Positions 41,542-53,810 of a DNA stretch of 64,000 bases are shown piece after piece. Positions within the stretch are counted from its first letter, which is position 1; every line of letters begins with the position of its first letter. Made by a program: the position numbers and the translations under genes. The notes below the pieces were generated by a model that did no database searches, had not been told where the DNA came from, and saw only the letters and a list, made by a program, of their open reading frames with translations. The DNA is from Eledone cirrhosa (Eukaryota). The stretch spans positions 125,302,001 to 125,366,000 of the forward strand of contig OZ024741.1 of NCBI GenBank assembly GCA_964016885.1, in the 5' to 3' direction.

Positions 41542-43256
41542 CACAGGTTCTCAACCCATTTAGGCCAAACGCCCCCTTTTGTCCCTCGAAATCACGAAAC
41601 GGATCTCAATTACTGGTTAACGTCTCAATTACCGGACATGCCTGCACACCTGCTCACAGCTTGCAGACAGCATAACTATAGTTATGCTGTCTGTAAGCTC
41701 ATTCAAATGCATTCACACTGGCTGTCTCAGAGACATACAAATCATCATCATCGTTTAACGTCCGTGTTCCATGCTTGCATGGGTTTGGACGGGAGTTTTC
41801 CCACTTGAGGCAAGAGTGGTTGTCTTGCTCGCATAGGACTGTCTGGCAGGTTTTCTACAGTTGGATGCCCTTCCTAACACCAACCACATTTACAGTGTGG
41901 GGCTGGGAGGTTTTTACCGTGTTGCCTACACGGCCACATTACAGCGTGGACTGTCTGGCAGGTTTTCTACAGCTGGATGCCCTTCCTAACACCAACCACA
42001 TTTACAGTGTGGGACTGGGACGTTTTTACCGCGTTGCCTACACGGTCACATTACAGCGTGGACTGTGTGTTTTTTTTGTCGTGACACCTACACGATCTCA
42101 TTTGTTTCGGCCTAGATTTTGTGGCACCAACATAACTTTACATTGAAAGGGGCGGTATGGATGGGGTGGGGGTGGTGGGACGGGGGTGTATTTTGTTAGA
42201 GATGCCTACTGACTGTAGTAGGTTTTACTTTGTATTTAGGTAACGCGGGTCTTCTCTATTACTGAGTACCGCCAAAGCTCTCGGTCCAGTGACATTGTCT
42301 TGGAGAGGTGTAAGTGTATGAGGTCGGAATTTATCAGCTCGTCCCAGGTTTTTCTGGGTCTGCCTACTCCGTGGCTACCGTCTATCTTTATTGCCCTGCA
42401 CTTTGTTATACAGCTGTCGTCTTTCATGCACATCACGTGACCATACCAACGTAGCCTTCTCTCGAGTAAACAACATCTGATCCCTCTTATTTCTAATTTT
42501 TTCCTTAGTTCGTTTATGCTTTGCCTTTCGCGTATATTACTATTACACATCCAGCGGAGCATGCAAGCTTCGTTCCTCTCTAGTCTGCGTATATCCTCTG
42601 CACACAATGCCCAGGTCTCACTGCCATGCAACATTGCTGTTCGTATGCAGGCATCATACAACCTGCCTTTCACTTTTAGGGAGAACCCTTTAGTGGCTAA
42701 TAGTGGTATAAGCTCTCTGAACTTTTTCCATCCAGTTCTGACTCTAGCTACTGTACTTTCGGAGCACCCTCCCCCACTGCTGATTTTGTCACCCAGGTAA
42801 CGGAAGCTGTCCACTATTTCTATAGAACCCTCTGCGCAGTTGAAAGAGCTAGTATTTTGTGGGCACTTGCTGCTACTTATTGCACCAGAGCACCGGCCAC
42901 ATGTAAAATCTGTGTTCTTAGTTAGCTTACTTGTGATCCCACTACATCTTTTATGCACCCATACTTTGCATTTGGGACATAAAATGGAGTTTCTACCTAC
43001 GCCTTTCCTACACACTGAGCATGGCCATTTCCCGGAAGGGACCGGCGCCTTATTTTCTTTCCTACAAACTAGAACTTTAGTTGGCTTATAAAACTTATGG
43101 CTTATAAAACTTATCAAAATAAAGAACCTTCCAGCGCCCCCTGACCCGCTTCCCCCACCTCCAAACGCCCCCCTAACGCAACCTTGCTCCCAAACGCCCC
43201 CCCTGGAGTTCCGAAACGCCCCCGGGGGTGCATATGCCCCACGTTGAGAACCTTTG
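41542..43256. mobile_element. Non-autonomous hAT-type DNA transposon containing an RTE insertion
   Basis: TIRs CACAGGTTCTCAAC / GTTGAGAACCTTTG; 8-bp TSD CTGTAAAG at 41534-41541 and 43257-43264. Confidence 0.9.
41741..43095 (-). mobile_element. 5'-truncated RTE-clade LINE with PHD-like zinc finger, open ORF end and 3' UTR
   Basis: ORF has TKVLVC…WPCSVCRKGVGRNSILCPKCKVWVHKRCSG…FRYLG…MLHGSETW…RRLRWYGHVMCM…GRPRKTW, stop at 42236, and a tail CCCATGCAAGCATGGAACACGGACGTTAAAC(GAT)n. Confidence 0.93.
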
Positions 43257-44034
43257 CTGTAAAGCATGGCGTCAGACCCTCTACCAATACTGCCAATCGT
43301 ATAAAATACATATTACAGTGCTGGTACCATGATAAAATACACCCAGTACACACTGTATAAGTGGTAGTGCTGGTGCCATGATAAAATTCACTCAGTACAC
43401 ATAGTAAAATGATAGTGCTTGTTCCTTGATACAATGTAACCAGTACACCCTATAGTGATGGTGCCAAGAAAAAACACCCATTCTATAAAGTAGTAGTGCC
43501 ACAATGAAATGTACCCTGTACACTCTACAGAATGAACTGGGTGTTTTTTCTTGGCACCATCATTATAAAGTGATAGTGCTAGTGTAACAATAAAATGTAC
43601 CCAGTATACTCTGGGAAGTGGTTGCCATTAGAAAAGGCATCCAACAGTAGAACAAAAGCCAAATAGGGGATGTATGAGCAAACTGAGGTTTTCCAATTGG
43701 TCTAATCACAGTCCATGACATCCCATCCAACATGTGCCAGCATGGAAACTAAATGTAAAATGATGATAACAATGATGATGATGATGATGATAACAATGAT
43801 GATGATAACAATGATGACGATGACGATGATGATGATGATGATGACAATGATGGTGATGATGACAATGATGGTGATGATTATTTGAAAATCGGGGGTAGTG
43901 TCTTTCCCTAGAAATATGGTAATGAAAGGTATAAAAGTCACTTGGATAGCAACATAGGCTGACATGGAAATATTTATACTCTGATTTTAAATATCAGGAT
44001 TGAGAAGTTGGAGAGTGTCAGAAAGTGTCTTTAA

Positions 44035-44255
44035 CCCTTTAGTATTTACATTACTCTATATTTACTATTATATTTTCACAGTAAAGGCTTTATCTCACAT
44101 AATCATCTCACATAATATTGAATCTATGAGATTTTAATGTTATTGATTTTAAGATCAATGCCTTAACATCAGTATGAGCGGCCGGTTATTACCGGTTTGA
44201 ACAGAAAGAGGTGAGAGAATTTTGGCCAGATGTGGCCGATTTAAATTCTAAAGAG
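44035..44255. mobile_element. piggyBac-like MITE (second copy 49770-49988)
   Basis: TTAA-CCCTTTAG … CTAAAGAG-TTAA; internal sequence is shared with the 49.8-kb copy. Confidence 0.8.
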
Positions 44256-44285
44256 TTAAATAAACAAATGATGGTAGCTACTTAC

Positions 44286-44372
44286 TTTTCTTTGCGAGGA
44301 ATTTTGCCGACATCTGGAATCACAGTCATATCTTTGCATTCTATACGGAATTTGCTTAGTAATGTTGCAAGT
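44286..44372 (-). CDS. SLC12A2: NKCC-like exon (87 nt)
   Basis: CCCATTTAG / GTAAGT; encodes LATLLSKFRIECKDMTVIPDVGKIPRKE(K); phase 2 to 2; LLSKFRI motif. Confidence 0.95.
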
Positions 44373-45602
44373 CTAAATGGGATTTTTTTAAAATAAATTT
44401 TACAGTCAAATTAGTTGAATTTAGCAGAAATGGTATATAAAGAATTAGAAAAAAAATAGCTGTTCATTTAGATGGAAGTTGTTGTTAGGGTTCATTTAGC
44501 TCAATGGTACAGAGTGCTCAACTGCAATTCAAGAGGTATGAAGTTTGATTCATCAGAGCAGATGCTGACCACTTTTTTCTGTCTATAGGGGTATTTTCCC
44601 CAATTTTCTAAGCTATTAATTATAACAATCGACTGTGTTTACAGTTAGTTATTTTCTGCATTTGAAATTTCTACGTTTTCTAAGAATTTCAACCAACTCA
44701 ACGCTCTAATAGATTATTTTCAAAATAGTATTATTTTTTCTTAAATTTCAGGTACAAGAGCACCACCAACTTTCCAGCAACTGATGATCTAGCATCTGTT
44801 TTAATTCAGACATCAATATGAGCAGATGCTGTTTTCTGACACCCACCAGAATAGTTTACTAGGTGGCCATAGATGATACTATCTAGATATTAGTAGATAT
44901 TTAAATTTCTTGCTACCCACCAGAGTAATTAAGTAGGTGAGCATAGGTGGCACAGTATGTTAGTTGCAGTTTTTAAATATCTAGATATCGGTGGCTGCTA
45001 CAGCTCTGGGAAATTGAGGAAATTTTTATCCTGTTTTACCTACACTCATCCCTAGTTATAGCTTGAAATACAGTGTTAGTGTCAATACATTTGCCCCATT
45101 ACATTATCACAGTTACAACGTAGGAAAAGCAGTTCCACTTTTATATGTCTTTAAGGAAAACACAAAAATATGTTGTGAAGATTCGGTAGTGAAAAGTTAT
45201 TAATAACATGTCAGCAGTTTCCTAGGAATATGCCCTGAATTATTGTTACATGACCTGGGTAACCAGTGCAAAAACAAGTTGGTGACTTTATCCTTCTGCA
45301 TGGGTGTGAGAGATGGACTATTACAGTTGACATAGAACAAAGAATCCATCGAACAAAGAATCAAACACAAATGCTTGAGAAGACTGTCATGCATCCCATA
45401 CATGGAGCACAGGACATACAACTTTGTCATACAGCAAGTCAATAACTATGCTGATAGACTGGAACCACTTCATTCAATGGTAAAAATATGGAAACTCTCC
45501 TGGCATGGTCATCTATCAACTAAATTTCCTTGAATGTTGTCCCAACATGTCTGTAGTAAAATGAGAGAAACCAGTAAAAGGATAAAAGAATATACATGTA
45601 CA

Positions 45603-45708
<106 letters not shown>

Positions 45709-45903
45709 TGTGTCTGTGTCTGTGTGTGTGTGCGTGCGCGTGTGTGTGCGTGTGTAAAATATATACCAGACTTGAAACAATAAGTACTGGGAGTCAATGT
45801 GATCAACTAAGTCCTTTTGAATGTGGTGCCAGCATGGCTGCAATCTTTAAGGAGTAAAAGAGAAGAGACTGTATTGAACAGTTTTCAAGGCCATATTACT
45901 TAC

Positions 45904-46018
45904 TGTCTCTGTTCACGATCCAACTCTCCTTTCTTGGTCCCAGCAGTAAATACCCGTAACTTGTTTTTACTCCAGTTCGATTCCAGGGAAATCAAATATG
46001 GAATCAACAGAGTCAGAC
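45904..46018 (-). CDS. SLC12A2: NKCC-like exon (115 nt)
   Basis: TTCTTTTGCTAG / GTAAGT; encodes (G)LTLLIPYLISLESNWSKNKLRVFTAGTKKGELDREQR(Q); phase 1 to 2. Confidence 0.95.
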
Positions 46019-46720
46019 CTAGCAAAAGAAATAAAACAACCAATTCCATTTAAATATATATATCCAAACAATTGTACTATTTCTGGGATAAATATATATA
46101 GAGATAGGGGTATTCAAGAAGGAAGATGTTCTAGAAAGAAAGGACTGGGGATAGTTGTTAGTGAAGGGCTTGGTGGGAAATTCTATCTTCAAATATACAG
46201 ACAACTCTTATACTATTGGAAGTGTGTGGCCTCGTGGTAAGGGTGTTGAACTTATGATCATGTAATGAGTTCTGTGTTGTTTTCTAGGGTAAAACACTTC
46301 ATTTCATGTTGCTCCAGTACACTCAGCTGAAAATGAGTAAGAGCAATAACTAACCCTGTAGTGGACTGGAATCTTGTCCAGGGAAAAGTCTTGTATTCTC
46401 AGTCGCTTCATGCCACAGAAACCGGAATAGACATCAACCTGATGAGCCTCCGGGCATGAGACAGACTTTTTAGACATACTGTTTGCAGTAAGGAAATTCC
46501 AGAAGGCGAGTATCTGGGAATTAAAAACTCATCATAGTGGTTAGTGCAGGACTGGAGAATTGTACACAAGCTGGTTGATGAGAGGGGGAGGGATGAGTGA
46601 GAGAAGAAGTTGAAGAGGGACAAACAGACGGACTGATATAGAGAGAGGCAAATATCCAGAGACATACAGACAAACAGAAATGTAGAGATCCAGTGAGACA
46701 GAGAAACAGACAGTAAATAC

Positions 46721-46969
46721 CTCCATCATCAAAGAGCCACCAAACATCAATGGTGCCCTTCTTCTGTTTTTCATTAAACCGGTTCATCATTTTGAGGGAT
46801 TCCTCAGAAAAATTGTCTGGCTTCACAATAGTTTCATGGATGACATCAGGGGTGGCTATAATTTCATCCATACTTTGAAGCAGTGTGCTATCAAATATAC
46901 TTGGACGGCGCTCTGGGGTAGCGGTAGTATCCTCAATATCATCATCATCATAGCGACGCTGTGCTGGCT
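46721..46969 (-). CDS. SLC12A2: NKCC-like exon (249 nt)
   Basis: TTTGTTTTCAG / GTATTT; encodes (E)PAQRRYDDDDIEDTT…KQKKGTIDVWWLFDDG(G), the conserved SLC12 motif; phase 1 to 1. Confidence 0.95.
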
Positions 46970-47496
46970 CTGAAAACAAAACATAAAATTTAACAAAAAA
47001 CAAAATCAACAAAATAAAACAATACAGTAACTGAGATAGGTTGGCCCTTTTAAATCTGGACATCTTGAAATCAGGTCATTGCTTGACCAAGGAAAAATGC
47101 AATATTTTTTCAGCACCGAGTTACAAAGATCATCTCTTGTCACTCATCCGTTTCTGTAAAAAATGCATTGAACTAGTGATTGACAATTTATCTATCTGTT
47201 CATCTACCTGTCTGATAATTTATGGAGCTGTTAAGCTATGTATCTGTCTGTCAATTGATCTGCTTAGCTATCTATTTACTTGTCTATTTATCTCTCTCTC
47301 TCTCTGTCTAGCTATTCAGCTGTCTGTTTAGCTAGCTTTTTGTTTAGCTAGCTTTCTGTCTATCTATCTAGCTATCTATCTATTTGTCTATCTATCTATC
47401 TGTCTAGCTATCTATATGCCTGTCTATCTACCTGTCTGTTTAGCTATCTATTTACCTGTCTTCATTTAAAGAAAGATATCTATCTGTCTTCATTTA

Positions 47497-47992
47497 AGAA
47501 TGAAGGAGAGGCGGTTTTCCTCTGTCTGGTGGCTATGGCGAAAGAGGTAATATGGTGGACGAGGTTAAAAGGACTGAGGACAAACACCTTTCTCTCCGGA
47601 CAACAACTTAACCCCTTCTTTAAGTATCACTTCAGAAGGAAGGTGAGAGTGGAGAGAGAGGTGCTACACCCCAGTAAATTCGCTGAAAGGTGGGTGAATG
47701 TGGCGAAAATGGCCCGAGTGAATGGGCCTTCTCTGTATATAAACCTGTTGGTTGAGGAAGATAAACAGAGGGAAGACGGGAACACCTGCAAAACATGTTC
47801 CTGGTGTTGAGGGTTGTTCTATCCACGGGGTGTAAAACAACCCTGCAGTAACATCCCCCCTATTGGGGAATTCAATTGTTATTTTATTATATATAGTTTG
47901 TTATTTATTAATGTTAAAGTTATTTTTATGTAAAACCCCCGCCGTCACGTCTTGTAATGTCCCATTTTTGTACGCCCCTGTGGCAAATAAAG
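47497..47992 (+). mobile_element. Tx1/L1-like LINE 3' fragment in a (TATC)n tract
   Basis: Translation FLCLVAMAKEVIWWTRLKG…VEREVLHPSKFAERWVNV resembles Tx1 ORF2 C-termini; the 3' UTR ends in AATAAA; homologous to 62160-62588. Confidence 0.65.
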
Positions 47993-48249
47993 AAAGATAT
48001 CTATCTGTCTGGGTAGTTGCCTTCTATCTGTGTTTGCCAGTCTACCCATTTCCCTACATAGATATCTGGCTGTTTTCTATTTCTAGATCTATATATGCAT
48101 CCATCAATCTTGAGAGCCTCGCTATAAAAGAAAAATGTTTTCTTTCATAGTGAGGCACTCATGTATTCATAGTACACAAACATAGTGCATGTTTTCACAT
48201 ACACCCCTATTATGCACAACATTATCTAGGTGCTACTGCCAATTTCATG

Positions 48250-48298
<49 letters not shown>

Positions 48299-51200
48299 CA
48301 CCCTGAATTATAAGTTGGTATTTACAACATACGATTCTTGTAAAATCATTGAGTGAGCAGATAATGGTCGGAGCTAAATGGATTATACACAATTAGCTTC
48401 AGTAAAATCTCTCTCTCTCTTGAGCAAGACATAGTCACCTGGCCTGGTATTGCTCACAACAGGATAACTCGTCTAATCCATGGCAGTGTGGAAAGTCATC
48501 ATCGTCATCATCGTTTAACGTCCATCTTCCACGCTAGCATAGGTTGAACAGTTTTGTTCCACTTTATGTGTGTGTGTATCTTTCAATCTATCAATATAGT
48601 TTATGCTATGGACTGCTGGTTTCCTCTACCAAATCAGAACAATGGTATCAAAACAATGGTATTAAAGGAAGGAACCCTGTGAAATGGAATGGCAGATGCA
48701 GCAGGTATTGCTGGCTGTTCTACATGGTAATATTTTCACCATCCTGTCTGCAGGGTGCAGCTAAGATATGTTGCCAAGGAAGTATAACAGTGTTTTCTAA
48801 ATGTTTTCAGACTACTTCCCCTTTTTAGATAATATATTTTATAACCACCTGTCTATCCATCACTGTAAAATTATGATTAAAAAAAGATACGTCTAAAATT
48901 AAATTTTCATAAATTTTTTAATACTATTTCTGTGAGCTGGACACTCTATCAGTTCCGACAAGTGTTTGAGTTGTATGATCAATGGAATTTGAAATCAGAA
49001 CATAAAGGGACATAATTCTATGCTGCAAAGCATGGTGTTCAGCACTCTACTATTAAGTTTGTAATTTTTATAATCATGTCAAAATTGATGTTTACAATAA
49101 CAAAAAAACAATAACAATAACAAAAGACAAATTTTTTTTTTTTCAATTTCATGAAAATGTTAATTATTTAGAAAATAAAAATAATAATAATATATGATAT
49201 TTAAAAAAGTAAAAAGTTAAGAAAAAATAATAAATTGGGGACTATACAAGGATGAAAAAATAACACCAAGGGTGATTTACATCGAATAAAGGAAAGGCAA
49301 CATGAACAAAGGGGAAACATTAGATGTAAACAATAATGATAATAAACAGTAATGTTAACAATACAAAATGATATCAAAACAAACTAGTAGAAAAATTTCC
49401 CTAATAGGAGAAGCTGACTCTTTAAAGTAAGGCCAGACCCTATACCACACACACAAATCCCCAGATTACTATGTCACATCAAAAGTATGATAGTGCCCTC
49501 TCCTAGTTTCTTTCCACCTGATAGAAAGGCATAACTAAAGTAGGTCTATTCAGTCTTGTCAATCTCTACATCCTCACCCATTTTTTATGAAACACATAAG
49601 ACACCACCTCCTTCTCTACCCTCAACTTCCTACTGTGGTACTTGAAGAAGTTGATGAAGGCTTGGCTAGAGAGGAAACTTCCTGTCTCTAAACATTATAC
49701 ATGTGTCCATCTTACTTTCTTTCACCATAGCCAACAGGCTGAGCAAGATTTGACATGGTTCCTTTTTAACCCTTTAATATTTACATTACTCTATATTTAC
49801 TATTATATTTTCACAGTAAAGTTTTTATCTCATAATATCCCACATAATATTGAATCTATGAGATTTTGATATTTATCTATTTTGAGAACAGTACCTTAAC
49901 ATCAGTATAAGCGGCCAGTTACATTCGGTTTGAACAGAGAGAGGTCAGAGAATTCTGGCCGAATATGGCCAGTTTAAATGCTAAAGGGCTAAAGGAAGGT
50001 GGTGGCTAGATTTTCGCTATAGACCTGGCTCATATCCAGATCTGTGATAGCAGCTTTCGAGCACAAGGTCTTAAGTTTTGGGACCATGGTCGATTCCAAT
50101 GATGAGTATTCCAGTTGTTTGAGCAAAGGAACAGCCAAGCATGTGAATTTAATAGTAAAGTGGCTGAGTATTCCACTGACATATGTACCCTTAATATAGT
50201 TTTCCAGGCAATATAGTATGACACAGTGTGACAGGTGCAACACATTTATGTCAAAGTAGACAGGAGCAATATAAAATAAAGTGTCTTCCTGAAGGACACA
50301 ACACACCAGAGGAAATTGAATGCAAGACCTTATGACTGCGAGCCAAACACCCAAACCATTCAGCTAAGCAACTTCAATATGCAATCTCTGAACATGGACA
50401 TTATTCAATCTCTGAACATGGACACCTTTTATTTTTTATAAACAATTATAAAACATAAAGAAACATTTAAATGAAATAGAATTTATTGTAAAAACAAATA
50501 TGAAAAAAGAGTTAAATATTTTATATACTAAGTGTAAAAGAAACATTATTTTTAATATCATTGCTTTCTATTTCCTTGTGAAACAATAATCTGAATCAAA
50601 AAGATTTTTCCTCCAACAATATACATCCCCCTAATATATTCATCTACTGATGGTTAAACAACTTTTCCCCGAACCACTGATTGCAATGTGATATCACAGG
50701 AAGGACAATTGTGGTTTATCCAGTAAAACATTTACATAAGTTAATTTTGAGGTTGAACATGGCAGGTCTTCTAAACAGTTCTCCCAACTACAACAGATGT
50801 GTGGTTCTGTCACATTCTTTCTTTTATATTTTACATATGTAAATACATCATCTAAGTGTGTGTGTGTGTGTGTGAATATATATCCATCTTTATATAAATA
50901 GATATAGATATATATAAAACTGTTTATTGTCATGTTATAATGGTATATTCAGCAAAATGGAACTACATATAATCGCATCCTAATCCTACTAACACTGTTG
51001 CTTGAGTAAACCTAACTCTGATGAGACACCAAGAATAGTGACAGACATCCCTTTTCCAGTGAACATTATTATAAGCTTGTCTTTTGTCTCCTCCACTTCT
51101 ACAAAAGATCTCTGTATCAAAATTCCCAGACATGCATGAAGACAAATACGTATATACGCATACACACACACATACTTATATATACACACACTTATACATA

Positions 51201-51877
51201 CACACTATTACACAATGGACTCTCCCATTTAAAATGATAGACAAGTGTCCAGTTACTTGATATACTAAACAATCTACTATTTGAATTAGTGTGCAAATTG
51301 GCTGAGTATTCCACTGACGTGTACCCTTAACATAATTCACAAGTAGAATCAGCATGACACAGTGTGACCAAGCTAGAGCCTTGAGTTACAGTTACAATCC
51401 ATTTGATGGGCTACCATACAGCCCCTATCTACCAAAAAGCACTCACAAAGCTTGGGTCAATCTGAGGTTAAGTAAAAGCCCAAGAGACAATGGAATGGAA
51501 CTGAACTCAAGAATTAATATGATTGTGAAGGGAAACTCTTAACCATTCAACCATGCTATATATTCAGCTTACTGAAGAGTATGATTTTGTTTCAATTTAC
51601 TAATTAACCATTTTAATTTAGTATTTTTTCTTTGTCATCTGAAACCATGGTCTAAACAATTATAATTAAATTTACCAATTTAATGTAAGTAGAATTGTGT
51701 TTTCCTTTAAATGTATTTTTGCTTACTATGCTTTGCTTTATTATTCTATATTTATTATTACACTTAAATAATATTTTGGTAAATGAGGCTCTGAAAATTT
51801 GGATTTTAGTCCTTATGTTCAAGGAGCTATTTATGGTACAATGTGATTGAAATAATTTATTCTGATCTATATTTTGT

Positions 51878-51951
<74 letters not shown>

Positions 51952-52105
51952 CATCATCATCATCATCATCATCGTTTAACGTCCCTGTTCCACGCTTGCA
52001 TGGGTTTGGACATATACATACATACATACATACATACATACGTACGTACGTATGTATGTGTGTGTGTGTGTAAAAGTGTTTGCTCCGACAGCTTTTTACA
52101 TATAG

Positions 52106-52390
52106 GTATGCGTATTTGTATTTCAAGCGATATACGATATGTTTATGAATAAACATTTGCAAGCTTTAGCTATGAATATTGGAAGCTGGTGTTTTTGCCT
52201 CCATTGGATTCCAGCAGAGAGCGGAGAGAGGGAACGCTGCTTTGATAATGATCATCAGTCAGAAACAGTTGATGGTCATCAGATAACCCACCCCTGTTTT
52301 TGCTGGAATCCACCTGATGGCGCTAGCTATCAGATTCAAAAGTTTATTCATAAATATACTGTATATCGTTAGATATACAAATACGCATAC
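52106..52390. mobile_element. Imperfect ~285-bp palindrome between microsatellites
   Basis: GTATGCGTATTTGTAT…TTTATGAATAAAC pairs with GTTTATTCATAAA…ATACAAATACGCATAC; inner GGATTCCAGCA pairs with TGCTGGAATCC. Confidence 0.75.
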
Positions 52391-52433
52391 ATGTGTATGT
52401 GTATATATATATCACTGTTTCATTCATATAAAT

Positions 52434-52600
52434 ATCATCAGGAATGTGAATATTCCTGATGATTTCTCATGGAAGAAACGGTTCTAGTCCTGTAGAAGTC
52501 ATTTCTATATGAACTAAATATGCATCTTCTCTACTAATTTGTTGAGTACCTTATTTTAATGTGGTTTCCTTCTGATCCCTTGTAGAAAACTATCCTTCAT
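52434..52600 (+). mobile_element. Hammerhead-like pseudo-LTR remnant with a short inverted 5' copy (same family as 61650-61770)
   Basis: ATCATCAGGAAT-GTGAAT-ATTCCTGATGAT hairpin, then CTGATGA-TTTC-TCATG-GAA-GAAACGGTTCTAGTCCTGTAGAAG. Confidence 0.6.
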
Positions 52601-52634
52601 TATATATATTATTTATATATATATATATATATAT

Positions 52635-52832
52635 GAAAAGAGTCAGAACCCCGATGGCTGAGCTCCAGCCGTTTCGACAGCTAGATCCAAACAGTTTGGA
52701 TCGAGCTGTCAAAACGGCTGGCGCTCAGGCAGCGGGGTCCTGACTCTTTTCCTATTACCCACTCTACTACCCTAAATATTGAGTACTCTGGTGCCTTATT
52801 GTTCCCCTGGTATCTTACCACACCTTCTTTGT
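52635..52832. mobile_element. ~117-bp GC-rich palindrome plus extended right arm, in (TA)n
   Basis: GAAAAGAGTCAG…CAGCCGTTTCGACAGCTAGATCCAAAC-A-GTTTGGATCGAGCTGTCAAAACGGCTG…CTGACTCTTTTC. Confidence 0.75.
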
Positions 52833-53584
52833 TATATATATATATATATATGATTGTCCTACTCATGTTAGCATGGAAAATGGATGTTAAACGTTGATGA
52901 TGATATATATATATATGGAAGTGATCATATATGTTATGATATATGATCCATTAACTAGGGAAATTCTACACAATACAACTTTTTATTTTAATACAGATTT
53001 AACAATATCTAGTTCCAACTGTAATAATAGAAAAGACATAGGATTTTAATACACAAATATAATAATATACCAATATAAATCCACTGGAAAAATATTTCAG
53101 TTGCAAGAGATAACCAGATGCCCCAAATTAAGGAACAATTTATATCTCAATTAACAGACATAAGGTCAACAATATGGGGGGAGGGGAAAGTCGAATAAAT
53201 CAACCCCAGTGCATTACTGGTACTTTATTTTATCGACTACATAATGATGAAAGGCAATAGCGGTACATAAGTCTACGACAATCCATGTTGTCTGATGCTC
53301 TACTGATACTGCCAGTTCACCACCCTTTCTATGATATATAGATAATGGAAATATATTACAGCAGTTCTAAGTAGAAGAAAATTGCAGAAGAGGAACACCA
53401 AGGAAGATGTAGGCAGAAGTTATCAAAAGTTGATCACCAGATGCTGAAGCTCAACAAAATATGATGAATGAATGCAAGAAAAGGCAAAGCATTAGTTTTA
53501 TTTGGGGGGAGAGGAACTATCCAACCCATGTAAGCATGGAAAAGCAGACACAGAAATTAAGATGACTGTCCAATTGTGGGGAAG

Positions 53585-53810
53585 ATTTTAGACTCTTGTA
53601 TATCATCTATTGCTTCAGGCTCTTGTATAATATCATTTATTGCGTTAGGCTCTTGTATAATGTCATCTATTGCTTTAGACTCTTGTACAATATCATCTAT
53701 TGCTTTAGATTCTTGTACAATATCATCTATTGCTTTAGACTGTTGTATATCATCTATTGCTTTAGATTCTTGTATTACATCATCTACTGCTTTAAACACT
53801 TGTATATTTT
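53585..53810. repeat. 27/30-bp tandem repeat, about 7-8 units
   Basis: Unit TTTAGACTCTTGTACAATATCATCTATTGC; the minus strand reads (QESKAIDDIV)n. Confidence 0.9.

Noticed and set aside
42236-43267. 343-aa host gene
   Set aside because: It is a chimeric read-through from a SINE/hAT end into a truncated RTE ORF.
46521-47063. 180-aa ORF as a standalone protein
   Set aside because: Only 46721-46969 is exonic; the flanks are intron read-through past clear splice sites.
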